DNA from: Takakia lepidozioides
Lineage: Eukaryota; Plantae; Bryophyta
DNA length: 64,000 bases
Direction of reading: 5' to 3'
NCBI GenBank assembly: GCA_030704615.1
Contig: CM060732.1
Span: forward strand, 46,128,001-46,192,000
Below are positions 1 through 12,714 of the stretch, one piece after another. Numbering within the stretch: the first letter of the stretch is position 1; every line of letters starts with the position of its first letter. Under the pieces are notes generated by a model. That model ran no database searches, was not told where the DNA came from, and saw only the letters and a list, made by a program, of their open reading frames with translations. The translations under genes and the position numbers were made by a program.

Positions 1-683
1 CCCACACAGCCAGTCACAGCCCGACACAGCCAAACACAGCCAGTCACCGCTTGACACAGCTGTCACGATAATAGGGAACGAAGAGTAGGACAGGGAACGA
101 CTGTGGGGAACAACACCTGTGAAGGGAACATGTTAGTTCACATACGACGGTTAGAGAGGGAAACGGTTAGAACCGCGGATAGGAGGATAAAGGGAGAAAC
201 GGGGAATGAAGAAGGGATTATGATTCGGGGAGGAGGATTTCGGAGTGAGACGGGAGCGGAAGTCGGTGAGCACGATGAAGGAGGAAAGAGGATTAGTAGA
301 TGCTTGTTATATGCAAAGCTGTAGGGATATTGTAGAGGAGAATAGAGACACAATGGCTTCGGCCTGATACCTGATAAATCATAATCTGATACTTATACGA
401 TACAATCACACTGTGTAGAGAGATCTGAGTGAAGCTGTGGATTGAATGGAGGAGTGAAGGAAACCGATAAATTGATGAAGCAAACTGATACTTAATTATC
501 AATGGTAAGGTAGCTAAGATGAATGCGGAAAGGAAACAAATAGGAAACACCCCCATGATACACTAGCTGTAGGTCATGACTGATTGTTCTGCGCGGGCTG
601 AGTACTTAGAGATTTCCAACTCTTCTATCTTGGAGTTTCCGCCTCGGATAGCGAAGGGATGGGTGAGTAAAAGCCGCGCGACA
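1..683 (+). repeat. LTR (5'-truncated by window edge), probably the 3' LTR of a Gypsy copy inserted into the RNase H of the next copy
   Basis: Homologous to the LTRs at 7033-7973, 8080-9063, 18384-19328 and 30702-31735. Ends ...AAGCCGCGCGACA at 683 and is followed directly by RNase H codons (VLAHNVTGNIDSPVYYASR), not a PBS. Confidence 0.92.
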
Positions 684-2409
684 GTGTTAGCCCATAATGT
701 TACAGGAAATATAGATTCACCTGTGTACTATGCTAGCAGGTTGATGAACAATGCTGAAAGGAACTATAGCACAACGAAAAGAGAAGCATTGGCAATGATC
801 TATGCAGTGAAGAAATTCAGGCATTACCTGTTGGGCAAGAAGTTTATGTTCTATGTGGATCACCAGGCTCTGATACCTGGTAAACAAACCTCTGATAAGC
901 GGAAGAATAGCAAGATGGTGATAATCTTGCACGAGTTTGAGTTCGAGGTTGTTTACAAGCCTGGGAGACTGCATCTTGTGGCGGATCTCTTGTCACGGTT
1001 ATCAACAGGAAAACCAGCCACAGGAATAGATGATCAATTACCAGATGCGAGTCTATTTGCAGTGGAGGTGCAGGGAAGTGCAGATGACTGGTTAGATTGG
1101 CAGTGGCCAATCAGATACTACCTTGCTCATGGTTAGTGCCCACCTAGTTATGGTAAGGAGCAGAGGAAGAGAATCGCTATCAAAGCTTTACCTTATACTA
1201 TGGTAGGAAGCAGAATGTATAAGCTAGGACCTGATGGAGTACTAAAACGATGCTTGTACCACCATGAAGTAAATAAAGTTTTGGAGGAAGTTCATAAAGG
1301 AGTGGCTGGAGGTCATTTTGGAGAAGAGACTACCAGTAGGAAGATACTACTCGCAGGTTACTGGTGGCCTACTTTGTTCAAAGATGTACACGAGTATTGT
1401 CAGAGTTGTGATGAATGTCAGAGGCTAGGACCTTTGCAGAGATCTGGAAGGATGGCCTTGCATCCTACAATGCCTACGGAACCATTTCAGAAATGGGGAC
1501 TAGACTTTGTTGGACCGATTAACCCACCAGCCAAGAATACATGGAACAGGTACATAATTACAGCCACTGATTATACTACGAAGTGGGTGGAAGCTAAAGC
1601 TTTGAGGGACAACTCAGCCAAGTCCACAGCAAGGTTCCTGTATGAGAATATACTTACACGATTTGGCAGTCCCTTAGAATTTATCAGTGATCAGGGAAGT
1701 CACTTCATTAATGAGACCATTGAATTATTGACTAAAGAATTCATGATTGTGCATAGGAAAGAGTACAACATATTACCCACAGGGTAATGGGCAGGCAGAG
1801 GCTACCAACAAAATACTATGTACTATCTTGGCTAAGATAGTCAATGCAAACAGAACGGATTGGGATACAAAGCTGTTGACAGCTTTGTGGTCATACAAGA
1901 CTTCATATAAAGTCACCACTAAGTATACACCATTCCAATTAGTTTATGGTATGGAAGCCTTACTTCCAGTGGAATTCCTGTTACCTACCATGAGAACGGA
2001 GTGGGGAAAGAGAATGGAATTGCAAGATTCCATTAAGGTCAGGAAACATGAATTATACCATGTGGAAGAAGTACGTGCTGATGCAGCTGATAATATGACC
2101 AGAATTCAGATGAAGAGGAAGAAACAGTTTGACGAAAACAAGTTAAAAACTTTTAAGACGGGAGAGATTGGTTCTATGGTTGCAGAAGAAGGGAAATTAA
2201 AGCTTCTAAGCTTAAATCACCATGGAAAGGACCTTATGTCATACAAAAGATGTATGATGATAACAAACACCGCCATGTTACAAACCATTAACAAAGAGAT
2301 GCTGGGAAGAGTCAATGCCAATAAGTTGAGGGGTACAGTGGTATCCATGACAAACCATTGCAGCATGATTTGCATGTTGAAACGCAAGAGCAGACACGGG
2401 CTGCACTAG
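684..2409 (+). pseudogene. pol fragment (RNase H + integrase) with stops and frameshifts
   Basis: Motifs NYSTTKREALAMIYAVKKFRHYL; H..GGHFG...CQSCDECQR zinc finger; KWGLDFVGP; ISDQGSHF; YYPQGNGQAEATNK. Split over ORFs 576-1136, 1200-1787 and 1747-2409. Confidence 0.92.
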
Positions 2410-5400
2410 TGTTACCAACGGAGTATGGAGCACTTGTCGCTAGGCCAAGCATATATGACCAGGGCGGGCAGAGCAAGCGTGACACAGCCTATCACAACCT
2501 ATCAAGACGAAACACAGCCTATCACAGTCCATCACGACGTGACACAGCCTATCACAGCCCATCAAGGCAAAACACAGCCTATCACAGTCCATCACAACGT
2601 GACACAGCCTATCACAGCCCAGCACGGCGCAACACAGCCTATCACAACCTACCACCGCGTGTCACAGCCTATCATAGCTTACCACAGTGCATCACAGCCT
2701 ATCACAGCGTACCACAGTATGACACAGCCTGTCACAGCTCAACACAGCCTACTAGGATTACACGATCCAAAGAATCAGTGACAGGTGGACGCCCAATAAC
2801 TTCAGGAAAATGGCCGACGGAAGAAATGACGGAAAATAGTTTAAAAATGGACACGTGGAAGTCAGGGCGCAACACACAGCTGAGAAGGAAGTGCAAGAAC
2901 AGGTGTCATCAGGAAAGAGGACAAGAATGGCCGTCAAAATACCTAATCAGCGCGTCAAATTGGATGAAAGGCGGGCCCATTAATGAATACGGAAAAAGGG
3001 GAACGGAACAAACGACAAGTACAGAATAGCGAAATTCTTGTCACATATGTGATCCTAGTGGACTATCCAGCAGGGAAAGTCCACTAAAGAAAATGAAATC
3101 TAAAATCCAGTCACAGCGGTTACAGCCAATAGAAAGCCAGAGAAAGGATCAAGAAATTGGAGGGAAATTAAGCGTAAGAGGCGGCGTCGTTCTGAGGAAC
3201 GGGCGTCTCGACGGGACAGACCATCAATGCTATAGCTTGGAAACTATGGAGGAACTAACAGACTATACGCTTGCAATACTACTTACGCAGTGGCATAGGG
3301 ACGAAACAACAGAGCGGATCTTTTCTCTTGAGCGATGCTTGCAAGCCCCGCAGGCTTACAAGAAATTACCCATAGCTTTTTGTGGCAACCATACGTTTAT
3401 GCTTTGTGCACTATAGGCATTTCTGCAGTTGTTACAGCCAAAACATTTCTGTGGGTCTAGAATGAAGAGAGTGAGAGGAATGGAGGAAATCAGGGTGAAG
3501 AACACCACAATTCTGCAGAAACAAACGATTGCTACCCCACAGACGATACAGATACTGAAGGAGCTGAGATTGCAAGGATTGCAAAGCATAGATTGGACAT
3601 TGCACCATAGACAGTACATGTTACAATTCTTGCAGAACTTTGAGCCAAGGACAGGAACAACAACGGTGAAGGGAGTTGAATTAATAATTACTCCCCTATA
3701 CCTCCAGCAATTGTTTCGATTGCCAGCAGGTCAGGTGCATGTGGAGGAGCACAGGGCAAGACTGCAAATATGGGACTTATTCCAAGAAATGAGTTTCTTT
3801 AAAACTCAGGGTTATGCTTGTACCAAGGCCGTGTACCCAGGGCTAAAAGAGGTAGGCAAGGTATTGAATGTTCTGATTGCCATGAAACAGAACCAACAGT
3901 ATTTGAGCAGATCCTTCACGGAGGAAATACTCAAAGCCCTGAAAGGACAAGAGGTAGAATGGGCGGACATAATGTACAACGCACTGGTAGAGGAGATGAA
4001 AAGATTACAAGGTACTACCGCAAAGTCTCCTATCATAGTGTCTGGCCCAATCATTGCTCAAATAATTCTTGATTCTGGCATACTTGATGCGCAAGAAAGA
4101 AAGGAGATGGGAGTGTTTGAGCCAGAAACCACTGCAATGGAAGAGCAAGGCTCTTCACACAGTGAGGGTGGACTAGCAGGGCAACCTGAGACTAAGAGGC
4201 AGAGACGGGGAAAGACTGTAGTGGCGGATCCACTGGCTTCACGGATTCCGCATGATAATGTTTCCCAAGCTCATGTGCAGGAAGGGGCACAGCAGCACAG
4301 AGAACTGCTATTACTGGAAGCAGGACCTTCAGAGAGGGAAGAGGAAGTTACTTCAGTATCACAACCATCACAGCCAGCTGATCGGCTTGTCACAAGGTTA
4401 CAAGTTGTCCATGCAGCTCAACCAGAAATAATTGATTTGGAAAAAAGAAGGGTTAGATATTCCAACTACAGAACAGATAGTGGCAGAAATTGAGAAGGGG
4501 GACCTTCTCTATGAATATTCTGGTCTGGTCAAGGAGACAGAGATTCCAGAGGTGCAATAGTTGCCCAAGGGAAATCCTGAGGTGCATATAATACCCACAC
4601 CTGTGTCGGAGGTACCACAGGTAGAAGGTCATGACACTGCAGCACCGGTGATAGATGAAGTGGTTCAGGAAGAAAATCTGGTGGGACAATGGCTTGAGTG
4701 GTTCGTGAGACATCACACTGTTGAGGATCAGGGGGAACAGCAGCAACCTCACCATGATGACCCTCAACAGGCAATGCTGATGAGTTCCATAGGCAGGACA
4801 CTTAATTTGTTGGGGACTTATGTCAAATCCCATGTTCCAACTACCCAATTGACAGCCTTGAGAGAGGAACTCAGGAAGGATTTTGAGGCTCGACTAGCCA
4901 CTGAGTGTGCAAACAAGGTCGATGAGGAGGTCACTCTCAAGATGCAGCAGGACTTGGAAAATACAAAAGCGGCTTTGCAATTGGCCAAGGAACAATTGAT
5001 TGAGGCAGGCCTCGCGCAAGACCAGTTGCACGAAGCACATAAGCAACAGCTATACCAAATGCAGGTACAGCATGAATGCAAGTTGCAAGAAGTGAATGCA
5101 CTACATACGGAGTTGCAGACAGTGCATGACAGGATGGCGATACAATGTGCTACATTCACAACTATGCTTGACCAATCTACAAAAGAAATAAACAGTCAAG
5201 CGGAAAAAAATATGAAGGCAGAAGCAGAGAATGTTGAGCAAATGAAACTCATTGTCGACATGAAGAATACAATCTGTCGCAATGAGGATACTTTCAAGCA
5301 ATACAGGCAGATTGAAGCTGATCAAGAGAAGCACATCCTGGAGTTGCAACAAAGGATCATGGCCAATAGAAAGGAAATCACGGTCAATAACAAGGCTTGG

Positions 5401-6994
5401 AAGGAAGCCAATAATCTACTTGCTGCCTATGCGAATTTGGTTGAACCTCATGCGAAGCGCATGGAGGCTTTACAACAGCAGTTAGAAGTGTACAAACTAA
5501 GAGAGGAGCACACTCTCAGGGGAACCACAAGCAACTTGGTGGATAACAGCCTTATGCAGGTCTGGTTAGCACAAGGGCCAGTGGAGGGCAAAGCACCACG
5601 AAAGCTCACCCAAAGCGAGATGAATGAACATTGCCACAATCACTATAGACAATGTCTATAGTAGGATAGCAGAGTTACAGGAGGATGTAGATAGACTGCA
5701 GACTCAAGTGGAGGACCTCACTTCAAATATCGACAAAAGAGCCTATATCCCTCAGGAACAGCTAATGGCTTCTTATTTGAAAGCCAGAACTTTGGTTTTT
5801 CAGTCTTCATAGGAGGTGCAGGAGATGCCAATGATACAAGAGCCAGTACCACCAACACCACAACAAGTCATTGTACCAATAGCTGAACCTGTTGTTACTA
5901 CAACCACACCACAGCCACCACAGCCTGAGGTATGGGGCAATGCTGCTTTTAACCCACCTAAAACTCCAACTGCAAGGGAGTACAGTAGGGCTATGATTAT
6001 GCCCTTCAACCAAATTCCCATCATGTTGGATTTGGCTTGGAAAGAATTTAGTCCTCCGCAGTCATTCGCACATTACTACCAAATCATGCGTATTTGGCTG
6101 CCACTGGCAACTAGGACTAAAGTTCTTCCGAACAATCGACATATTGAAGATCATCACTTTGCACAATACTGGCATGAGGCAAGTACAATGTTGAAGGAAT
6201 TAATTGCCTTCCAAGTTGTACATGGATTCATTTATACCAAGACCAAGGAGGTAGCAAGTATTGTCATGGGATGCGGGTTATACTACGCTGCTTGTTTTCT
6301 GGTACGTTATCACATTGAGCAGCACAAGATGCAATCGCGCTTTCTGAGTTATTTTTTTGGGGATCATTGGGTCTTACCTTCAGTGCCACCTCATATGTAC
6401 CTATATGAGGCAAAAGTTATGATGCAAAAGGATTCTCAAATTCGTTCATGGTTTCAAGCGGCCTGGAACAATTTATCAACACAGAAATTTGGCATTGATG
6501 ATATTTTCTATAAGGGACATGTGGCATGGAAATACTCGCACGGTGCACAAGTAATTGGTACCCCACTCACCTGGACAGACAAGGAGCTTAGTGTCTTCAC
6601 CAATTTTGCTGTTCAGCGTTTACAGCAAGTTGTAAAATATAAACTTCCAGACATGGTAGGACAACATTGTATGCCCCAGAGGATTCCACAAAAAGTTCGA
6701 CAATTAAAACACCTGAGAGGCGATGAGGATTCTGATACAACTGTTTCTTCAGCGAATTCTTTTGACATGGGAGAAGACTATGCAATTCAGATGGCAGAGA
6801 AGAAGGGACGGGGGTCTCCTATGCCTGAAAGGTTACCTCGATATCAGCCTCCAGAGGGCCTCACTTATCCGGGTAGTGTTCAAACATCTCCGTCAACCAG
6901 TGACAGACCTCGGGCTCGTACACACAGTCCGCCACGAAACTCTCAACGTCAGAAAGGTGCTCACTCACAAAGGTTTGCTAATCGCAATCAGTAA
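2325..6994 (+). pseudogene. Extra 3' ORF of copy A (Athila ORF/env-position domain + coiled coil), disrupted
   Basis: ORFs 2358-3029, 3093-3416 and 3429-4493 share one frame, separated by point stops; then 4561-5661, 5624-5812 and 5816-6994. All match the 1363-aa ORF at 19484-23575. Confidence 0.88.
2478..2751 (+). repeat. Internal tandem array: 10-bp CACAGCC units in 30/60-bp higher-order repeats
   Basis: GACACAGCCTATCACAGCCCATCAAGGCAA-type units; reads as RDTAYHSPSR repeats in ORF 2358-3029. Confidence 0.95.
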
Positions 6995-7032
6995 ACCGTG
7001 AGGACACGGCTTTTTGAGAAGGGAAGGGGTAA

Positions 7033-7973
7033 TGTTAGAGGACTGTCTGGGACTTAGACACTTATACGGGATCTGTAGGGTACCCTTAATTTTTGCACAG
7101 ACTGAGACCAACAGGAGCCTTAGGGGTGACAACGGCGCACTGTAGAGGGGGGTTACACAGTCCGTCACAGTCCAACACAGCCCGTCACAGTCGTCACAGC
7201 CGACACAGCCACACAGCCAGTCACAGCTCATCACAGCCCGACACAGCCAAACACAGTCGCACAGCCAGTCACAGCCCGTCACAGTTTCACACAGCCAGTC
7301 ACAGCTTGACACAGCTGTCACGACCATAGGGAACGGAGAGCAGGACAGGGAACGACTGTGGGGAACAACACCTGCAAATGGAACATGTTAGTTCACGGAC
7401 GACGGTTAGTGAGGGAAACGGTTAGAGCCACGGGTAGGAAGATAAAGGGAGAAGCAAGGACTGAGAGGGGATTCTGGGAAGCATTCACGGGGGGCACTTC
7501 TTGGTCATGCATGAGAGGGGATCGGGCGGAGAGCAAGAATGGAAGCAAAGATGGAGAGCACGGTGAAGGAGGAGAGATGATTAGTAGATGCTTGTTATAT
7601 GCAAAGCTGTAGTGATATTGTAGAGCAGATTAGAGACACAATGGCTTCGGCCTGATACCTGATAAATCATAATCTGATACTTATACGATACAATCACACC
7701 GTGTAGAGAGATCTGAGTGAAGCTGTGGAATGAATGGATGAGTTGATGGAATCCGATAGATTGATGAAGCAAACTGATACTTAATGATCAATGGTAAGGT
7801 AGCTAATATGAATGCGAAAAGGGAAACAAATAGGAAACACCCCCATGATACACTAGCTGTAGGTCATGACTGATTGTTCTGAGCGGGCTGAGTACTTAGA
7901 GATTTCCAACTCTTCTATCTTGGAGTTTCCGCCTCGGATAGCGAAGGGATGGGTGAGTAAAAGCCGCGCGACA
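7033..7973 (+). repeat. 3' LTR of copy A (941 bp)
   Basis: TGTTAGAGG...GCGCGACA, preceded by a PPT; U3 carries a CACAGC repeat tract. Confidence 0.95.
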
Positions 7974-9063
7974 TCCTTCACGAGACTCTCACCGTCGGAA
8001 GGGTGCTCGCTCACAAAGGTTTGCTAATCCCAAACAGTAAACCGTGAGGACACGACTTTTTGAGAGGGGGAGGGGTAAATGTTAGAGGGTTGCTTGGGAC
8101 TTAGACGCTTTTACGGGTTCTGTGGGGTACTCTTAATTTTTGCAAAGACTGAGAAGAACAGGAGCCTTAGGGGTGGCAGCAGCAGGCTTTAGGGGGGTTA
8201 CACAGCCCGACACAGCTTTACACAGCCCGTCACAGCCAGTCACAGCCGCCACAGCCCGACACAGCCCGACACAGCCCGCCACAGCCCGCCACAGCTTCGC
8301 ACAGCCAACACAGCCAGTCACAGCCCGCCACAGCTTCGCACAGCCCGACACAGCCGACACAGCCAGTCACAGCCCGATACAGCCTTACACAGCCAGTCAC
8401 AGCTTGGCACAGCTTGACACAGCCTGTCACAGTACATGGGGAACAGTTATCATTGGCAGGGAACAACTATGAGGGAACGACATCTGCAGAAGGAACGTGT
8501 TACTACAAGGATGACGGTTAATTAGTTAGGTGGTTAGAACAGCTTGCGGGCAGATAAGGGGAGCGGCAACGGAAAGAGGGGACACTTCACGGGGAGCGTT
8601 TCTTGGTCATGTAAGAGAGGAGATCAGGCGGAGAGCAAAAACGAGAGCACGGAGAAAGAGGAGAGATGAACAGTAGTTGCATGTTACATGCAAAGCTATA
8701 GTGAAACTGTAGGGCAGATTAGAGTCATCATGGCATTGGCCTGATACCTGATAAATCATAATCTGATACATATTCGATACAAGCACACTGTGTAGAGAGA
8801 CATGAGTGAAGCTGTGAAATGATTGCATGATTAATTGGAATTAAGTAGATACTGAAGCAATCTGATGCTTCAGTATCAGATAAGGTGAATTGATAACATG
8901 AAGGCAAGAAGGAATACAAATGGGAAGCACAACCATGATTCACTAGCTGTAGGTCATGACTGATTGTACTGAGCGGGCTGAGTGCTTAGAAATATCCAAC
9001 TCTTCTATCTTGGAGTTTCCACCTCGGATAGCGAAGGGATGGGTGAGTAAAAGCCGTTCGACA
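7974..9063 (+). mobile_element. Older related Gypsy copy B: end of extra ORF, PPT and 3' LTR (8080-9063)
   Basis: 7974-8040 repeats the extra-ORF C-terminus (..GARSQRFANPKQ*). PPT GAGAGGGGGAGGGG; diverged LTR TGTTAGAGGG...GCCGTTCGACA. Confidence 0.9.
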
Positions 9064-9430
9064 CTCCCCCAATATTAAGAATCAGGTGAATGCATTGACA
9101 GTGGCCGGTGGAAACAAAGGGTTCATGGACAACATTCTGGAGCTTAAACAACAAAGTTGATATGATTTTATCCAATCTAGCGTCTTCATGGGTCAGGGGT
9201 CATCAAAGGTTTACTTATTCAAGATGTCTACGGTGGGCGAGGGTAGTGACGTTAGCCTGGTGAGACGTTTGCAACTAGGGGGGGCCCTGGAGAAAGCCAG
9301 GATGATGTTTGATCATTGCAAATGAGTGAAGGGCTGGACAACCATGGCTTGCCATGTTTACGATCCCATTTATCAAAGAGTAATGTCAATTACCATATGT
9401 GACATGCAATCTGAAGATACTGAGTCCTAG

Positions 9431-9934
9431 ATGATAATGTGGAATTGTTTGCTTTCTGTCATGGAGTCCAATGGAGATACAGGCATAAATTTCAACGGGT
9501 TCATGGTGGATAGTGCACAGGCTAACTTCAACACTGTGCGCCGAGTTTTTGGATCGGGTGATCCAAAGATCCCCATGCCTAATAGGGAGCGCACTTGTCT
9601 ATTCCACTGGACTCAGTCTCTGGAGAAGCACACGAAGAGGTGCATCAGAAGAGATCTCCAGGCGGAGCACATGAGGCTCTGTTTCATGTACAAGAATGCG
9701 ACTACAATCAAAGAGGCTGATACCAGGTACCAGACAATAAGAGCATGGTGGTTCTCGTCGGGGGCTACTGATAAGGACGGTCTCAAAGAATTGGAAGACT
9801 GGTTGGTCTTCTGGCACTTCAGATACTGGCAATGGGGGGCTTTCATGACTACTATAAGCTGCCTATCACCTCTGCAATCCCTTGTATGTGCCCAGTTTCC
9901 TTCCTTCTTCCCGGAACTGCCCGTGCTTGCATGA
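9431..9934 (+). pseudogene. MULE transposase core fragment
   Basis: Catalytic D (FMVD) and CLFH motif; upstream codons 9064-9430 contain stops. Confidence 0.75.
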
Positions 9935-10441
9935 ATGACGCTCTTTCATTTTCCTTTGGCAAGACATGTCCCTTGAGGACATTGCGGACATGCCGTCCTG
10001 CAACCTGGCAGAAGCGTTCACAACGTCTGGAGGCAACAATCTGGCAAAGCAGGAAGAGATCTGTACATTGCTATGACAGATGATATGATACGAGCTCAAA
10101 ATATCGTGATTTCCTCAGGGGGCGATGTGGGGGCAGGGGACCACTCCAATCAAGGGAGCCCCATCTGGAAGGAGAGGAAAGGTTCGGGACTTGCAAACGC
10201 AAGGTAAATACACCTCCAAGATCAGATGGGGATTCACATCGCCATGATAGAGACAACTTTTCTGTACCCAAGATGTCTCCATTACAACCTATGGCATCCA
10301 GTAGCAAAGATGATGTTGGTGCATCCTCTTGATTGGAGAGGCGAGCCCCCTGTGCACATGTTCACTGCCTTCACCATCTTCGCTGGATCCCCAGACCTTG
10401 TTGCAGCCCTTAGCATCAACTCTGCTGTACCAGCCACATGC

Positions 10442-11467
10442 GTGCACAGGAGGGGGTATTTTTAACCCCCCCATGTACAACATTATACATACATAGGGGG
10501 GTAAACAATACGTTAAATATAAGTCTACAACAAACAATTATCTTGATTAAGAGGGTAGTGTAGTGGTAAGGATTAGCATTGTCATGATACCCATTGTGGG
10601 TTCAAATTACCATGAAATCTCGAGTTTTTCGAAAACTTCAAAAATACATGCTTTTCATTGCACAAATTTGAACTCAAGACCACTTGCACACCACGAGTAC
10701 CTCCATACCACTAGGCTACTCCACAACTCTTGATAAAAATGTAATGATTAACAGTAATATAGAAGAAAGACAGTTTGTTGTGTTTTGTGTCATCGTTGAG
10801 ATCTCCCAAACTGCGGGGCCCCAGCCTTGGTGTTTGGTACCATTGGAAAGCCCTCAATGAGGAGGGGTGCACCGGCTTGGTCTCATAATTTTGGGACTTG
10901 CGGTGTGGAAGATATGAATTTTCAAATACTTTTGGTCGTTGGAAACTCGCGAAAAATAGCAAAGTGGGCTTTCTTGCAACAATGACTGGCTCTTCATTTG
11001 TCATTTGTGCACGGGGACATAAATGTAAATTGGGTTTTTTTTTCAAATATGACATTAACACAATATTGTTTGTAGGATCCTTGAGATCTTCCCAACTGCG
11101 GGGCTTCTAGCCACGATTTTGGTACCGTTGGAAAGCCCTCAATGAGTAGGGATGCAGCAACTTGGTTTCATAAAATTTGGACCTACCGACCGAGGTCTGT
11201 TTTTAAATGAATATATTTGATATAATATAAAGATATATATTATATACATATTTGAGGGTATTTTTTAATGATTGAAAAGGGGAATATACATACAGAAGGG
11301 GGGTGTTTTTTAAAAATTACAAATTTTTGTATATTTACAGAAGAGGGTTTTATAATCTTCAAAAAGTATGTACAGAGGGGGTCTAAATTATCCCAGAACC
11401 CATATACAGGGGTTTTTTTAATTAACCGGCGAACGCACGTGATACACACATTTTATAAAGAGTGCAC
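10442..11467. mobile_element. 1-kb non-autonomous element bounded by GTGCAC, inserted in the MULE gene
   Basis: GTGCAC at 10442-10447 and 11462-11467; removing the element joins ..PATC-VH-PPGS.. in one frame. The right ~260 bp is an inverted homolog of 14083-14348. Confidence 0.85.
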
Positions 11468-12538
11468 CCCCCAGGTTCCACCCAGCCCTGTCCTCTGGCT
11501 TCAACCCCTGGAATTGCGGATTGTCAGCAGGACCGCAGGGGGGCAGTGCAGAAGTCACCTTGTGCGGATTCCGAATGGCACATCGAGCGGACTACTCCAG
11601 GGTCTAGAGTTGGGTGGGCGGCAGTGAGGGCCATTAGTTATGAAAAGTGTAAGTCCAAGATAGCCAAAGGCCTAGCGGGTACTCCAGCTCTGACGTTCAC
11701 AGGTTTGATTCGGCTGTATATGTCGAAGGAGTCCAAGACGCACAAATTTTGGTTTTGCTCGGTCGATATGGCTCACTGTGTGAATGGTACCATCCGCGAC
11801 TCCTGCATTGCTAAGCCTCCCCCACCCACCATTTGGCCAGTGCGGGTAAGAACCTCCCTAACAACATTGGAGATTGGTAAGTTGGAGGACGTCGGCTTTC
11901 GTCTTCACCGATCTGTAGCGGCGACTGTTGGTGGCCCTGCTGCTATAGTGCCTCCACCAGACGATACTTCGCATCCCACAAAAAGAAATGGAAAAACAGT
12001 GCGTCATGTGGCTTCGGGGCCTGATCATGGTGCGAAGGTGGAATCTGCCAGAGTACTGCAGGTTCGGGTAACAAGAACTATGGAAATACCTTCACTTGGG
12101 TATGGATGGGTGTATACTTTGGTCACATCTGGGTTTGTTTTGCATGAGAAGGCCTATCAAGTGACGGTGGGAAATTTTCCAAGGTGTACCTGTCCCGACT
12201 TTGTGTGCATGCGTGAGGCAGCTCTCGGGAAGAAAGGAAAATGGGTTCCATGCAAGTATCTTTACTACATCTTTTTGCGCAGGATGTATTGTGATCCCAG
12301 AAGAGACCAAATCATTCACCAGGCGACACTTGGTCCTGGCGAGGTACGGACACTTTTGCAGGAGACATTGGCAATAGTGAGTAGTGTTGCATATGTTGTG
12401 ATTTGTCGCCATGTCCACAAGGGTTGCATTGTTTGTAGAACATCCTCTGGTTGTGCTGCCAGTGACATTGCGTCCTATACATTCACATTCATCGTAACTG
12501 AATGTATACACGGTTCTTCAATAACGAGAACCTGGTGA
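11462..12538 (+). pseudogene. C-terminal, SWIM zinc finger-containing part of the MULE gene
   Basis: YQVTVGNFPRCTCPDF...WVPCKYLYYIF (SWIM, with H>Y). Confidence 0.7.
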
Positions 12539-12714
12539 AGGCTCACAACAAAAGGTCGATTTTTTTCTCATTGGGTTGGTTTACGAGCCTCTAAAACTGT
12601 GTGCGTCAACGCACACCACTTCTGCCCCCACCACACACCCCCCCCCAAAAAAAACAAAAATGAAAAAAAAATGGAGGTTTTTTGTTCGCGAGGCTGCCAA
12701 ACCTGGACAACTCT

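Larger units (their letters stand above)
684..7973 (+). mobile_element. Ty3/Gypsy LTR retrotransposon copy A (3' part: RNase H, integrase, repeats, extra ORF, PPT, 3' LTR)
   Basis: Colinear with the full-length minus-strand copy. PPT GAGAAGGGAAGGGG at 7016-7029; LTR TG..CA at 7033-7973. Confidence 0.93.

Noticed and set aside
576-1136. 186-aa ORF as a genuine gene
   Set aside because: It is an LTR-start/RNase H junction product with an internal frameshifted stretch.
2478-2751. CRISPR-like constant/variable 30-bp units
   Set aside because: The variable parts are degenerate copies of the same 10-bp unit inside a retrotransposon.
7093-8472. Short ORFs in LTR repeat tracts and antisense to TE genes
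   Set aside because: Products of stop-poor CACAGC repeats or shadows of real ORFs; not conserved in frame between copies.
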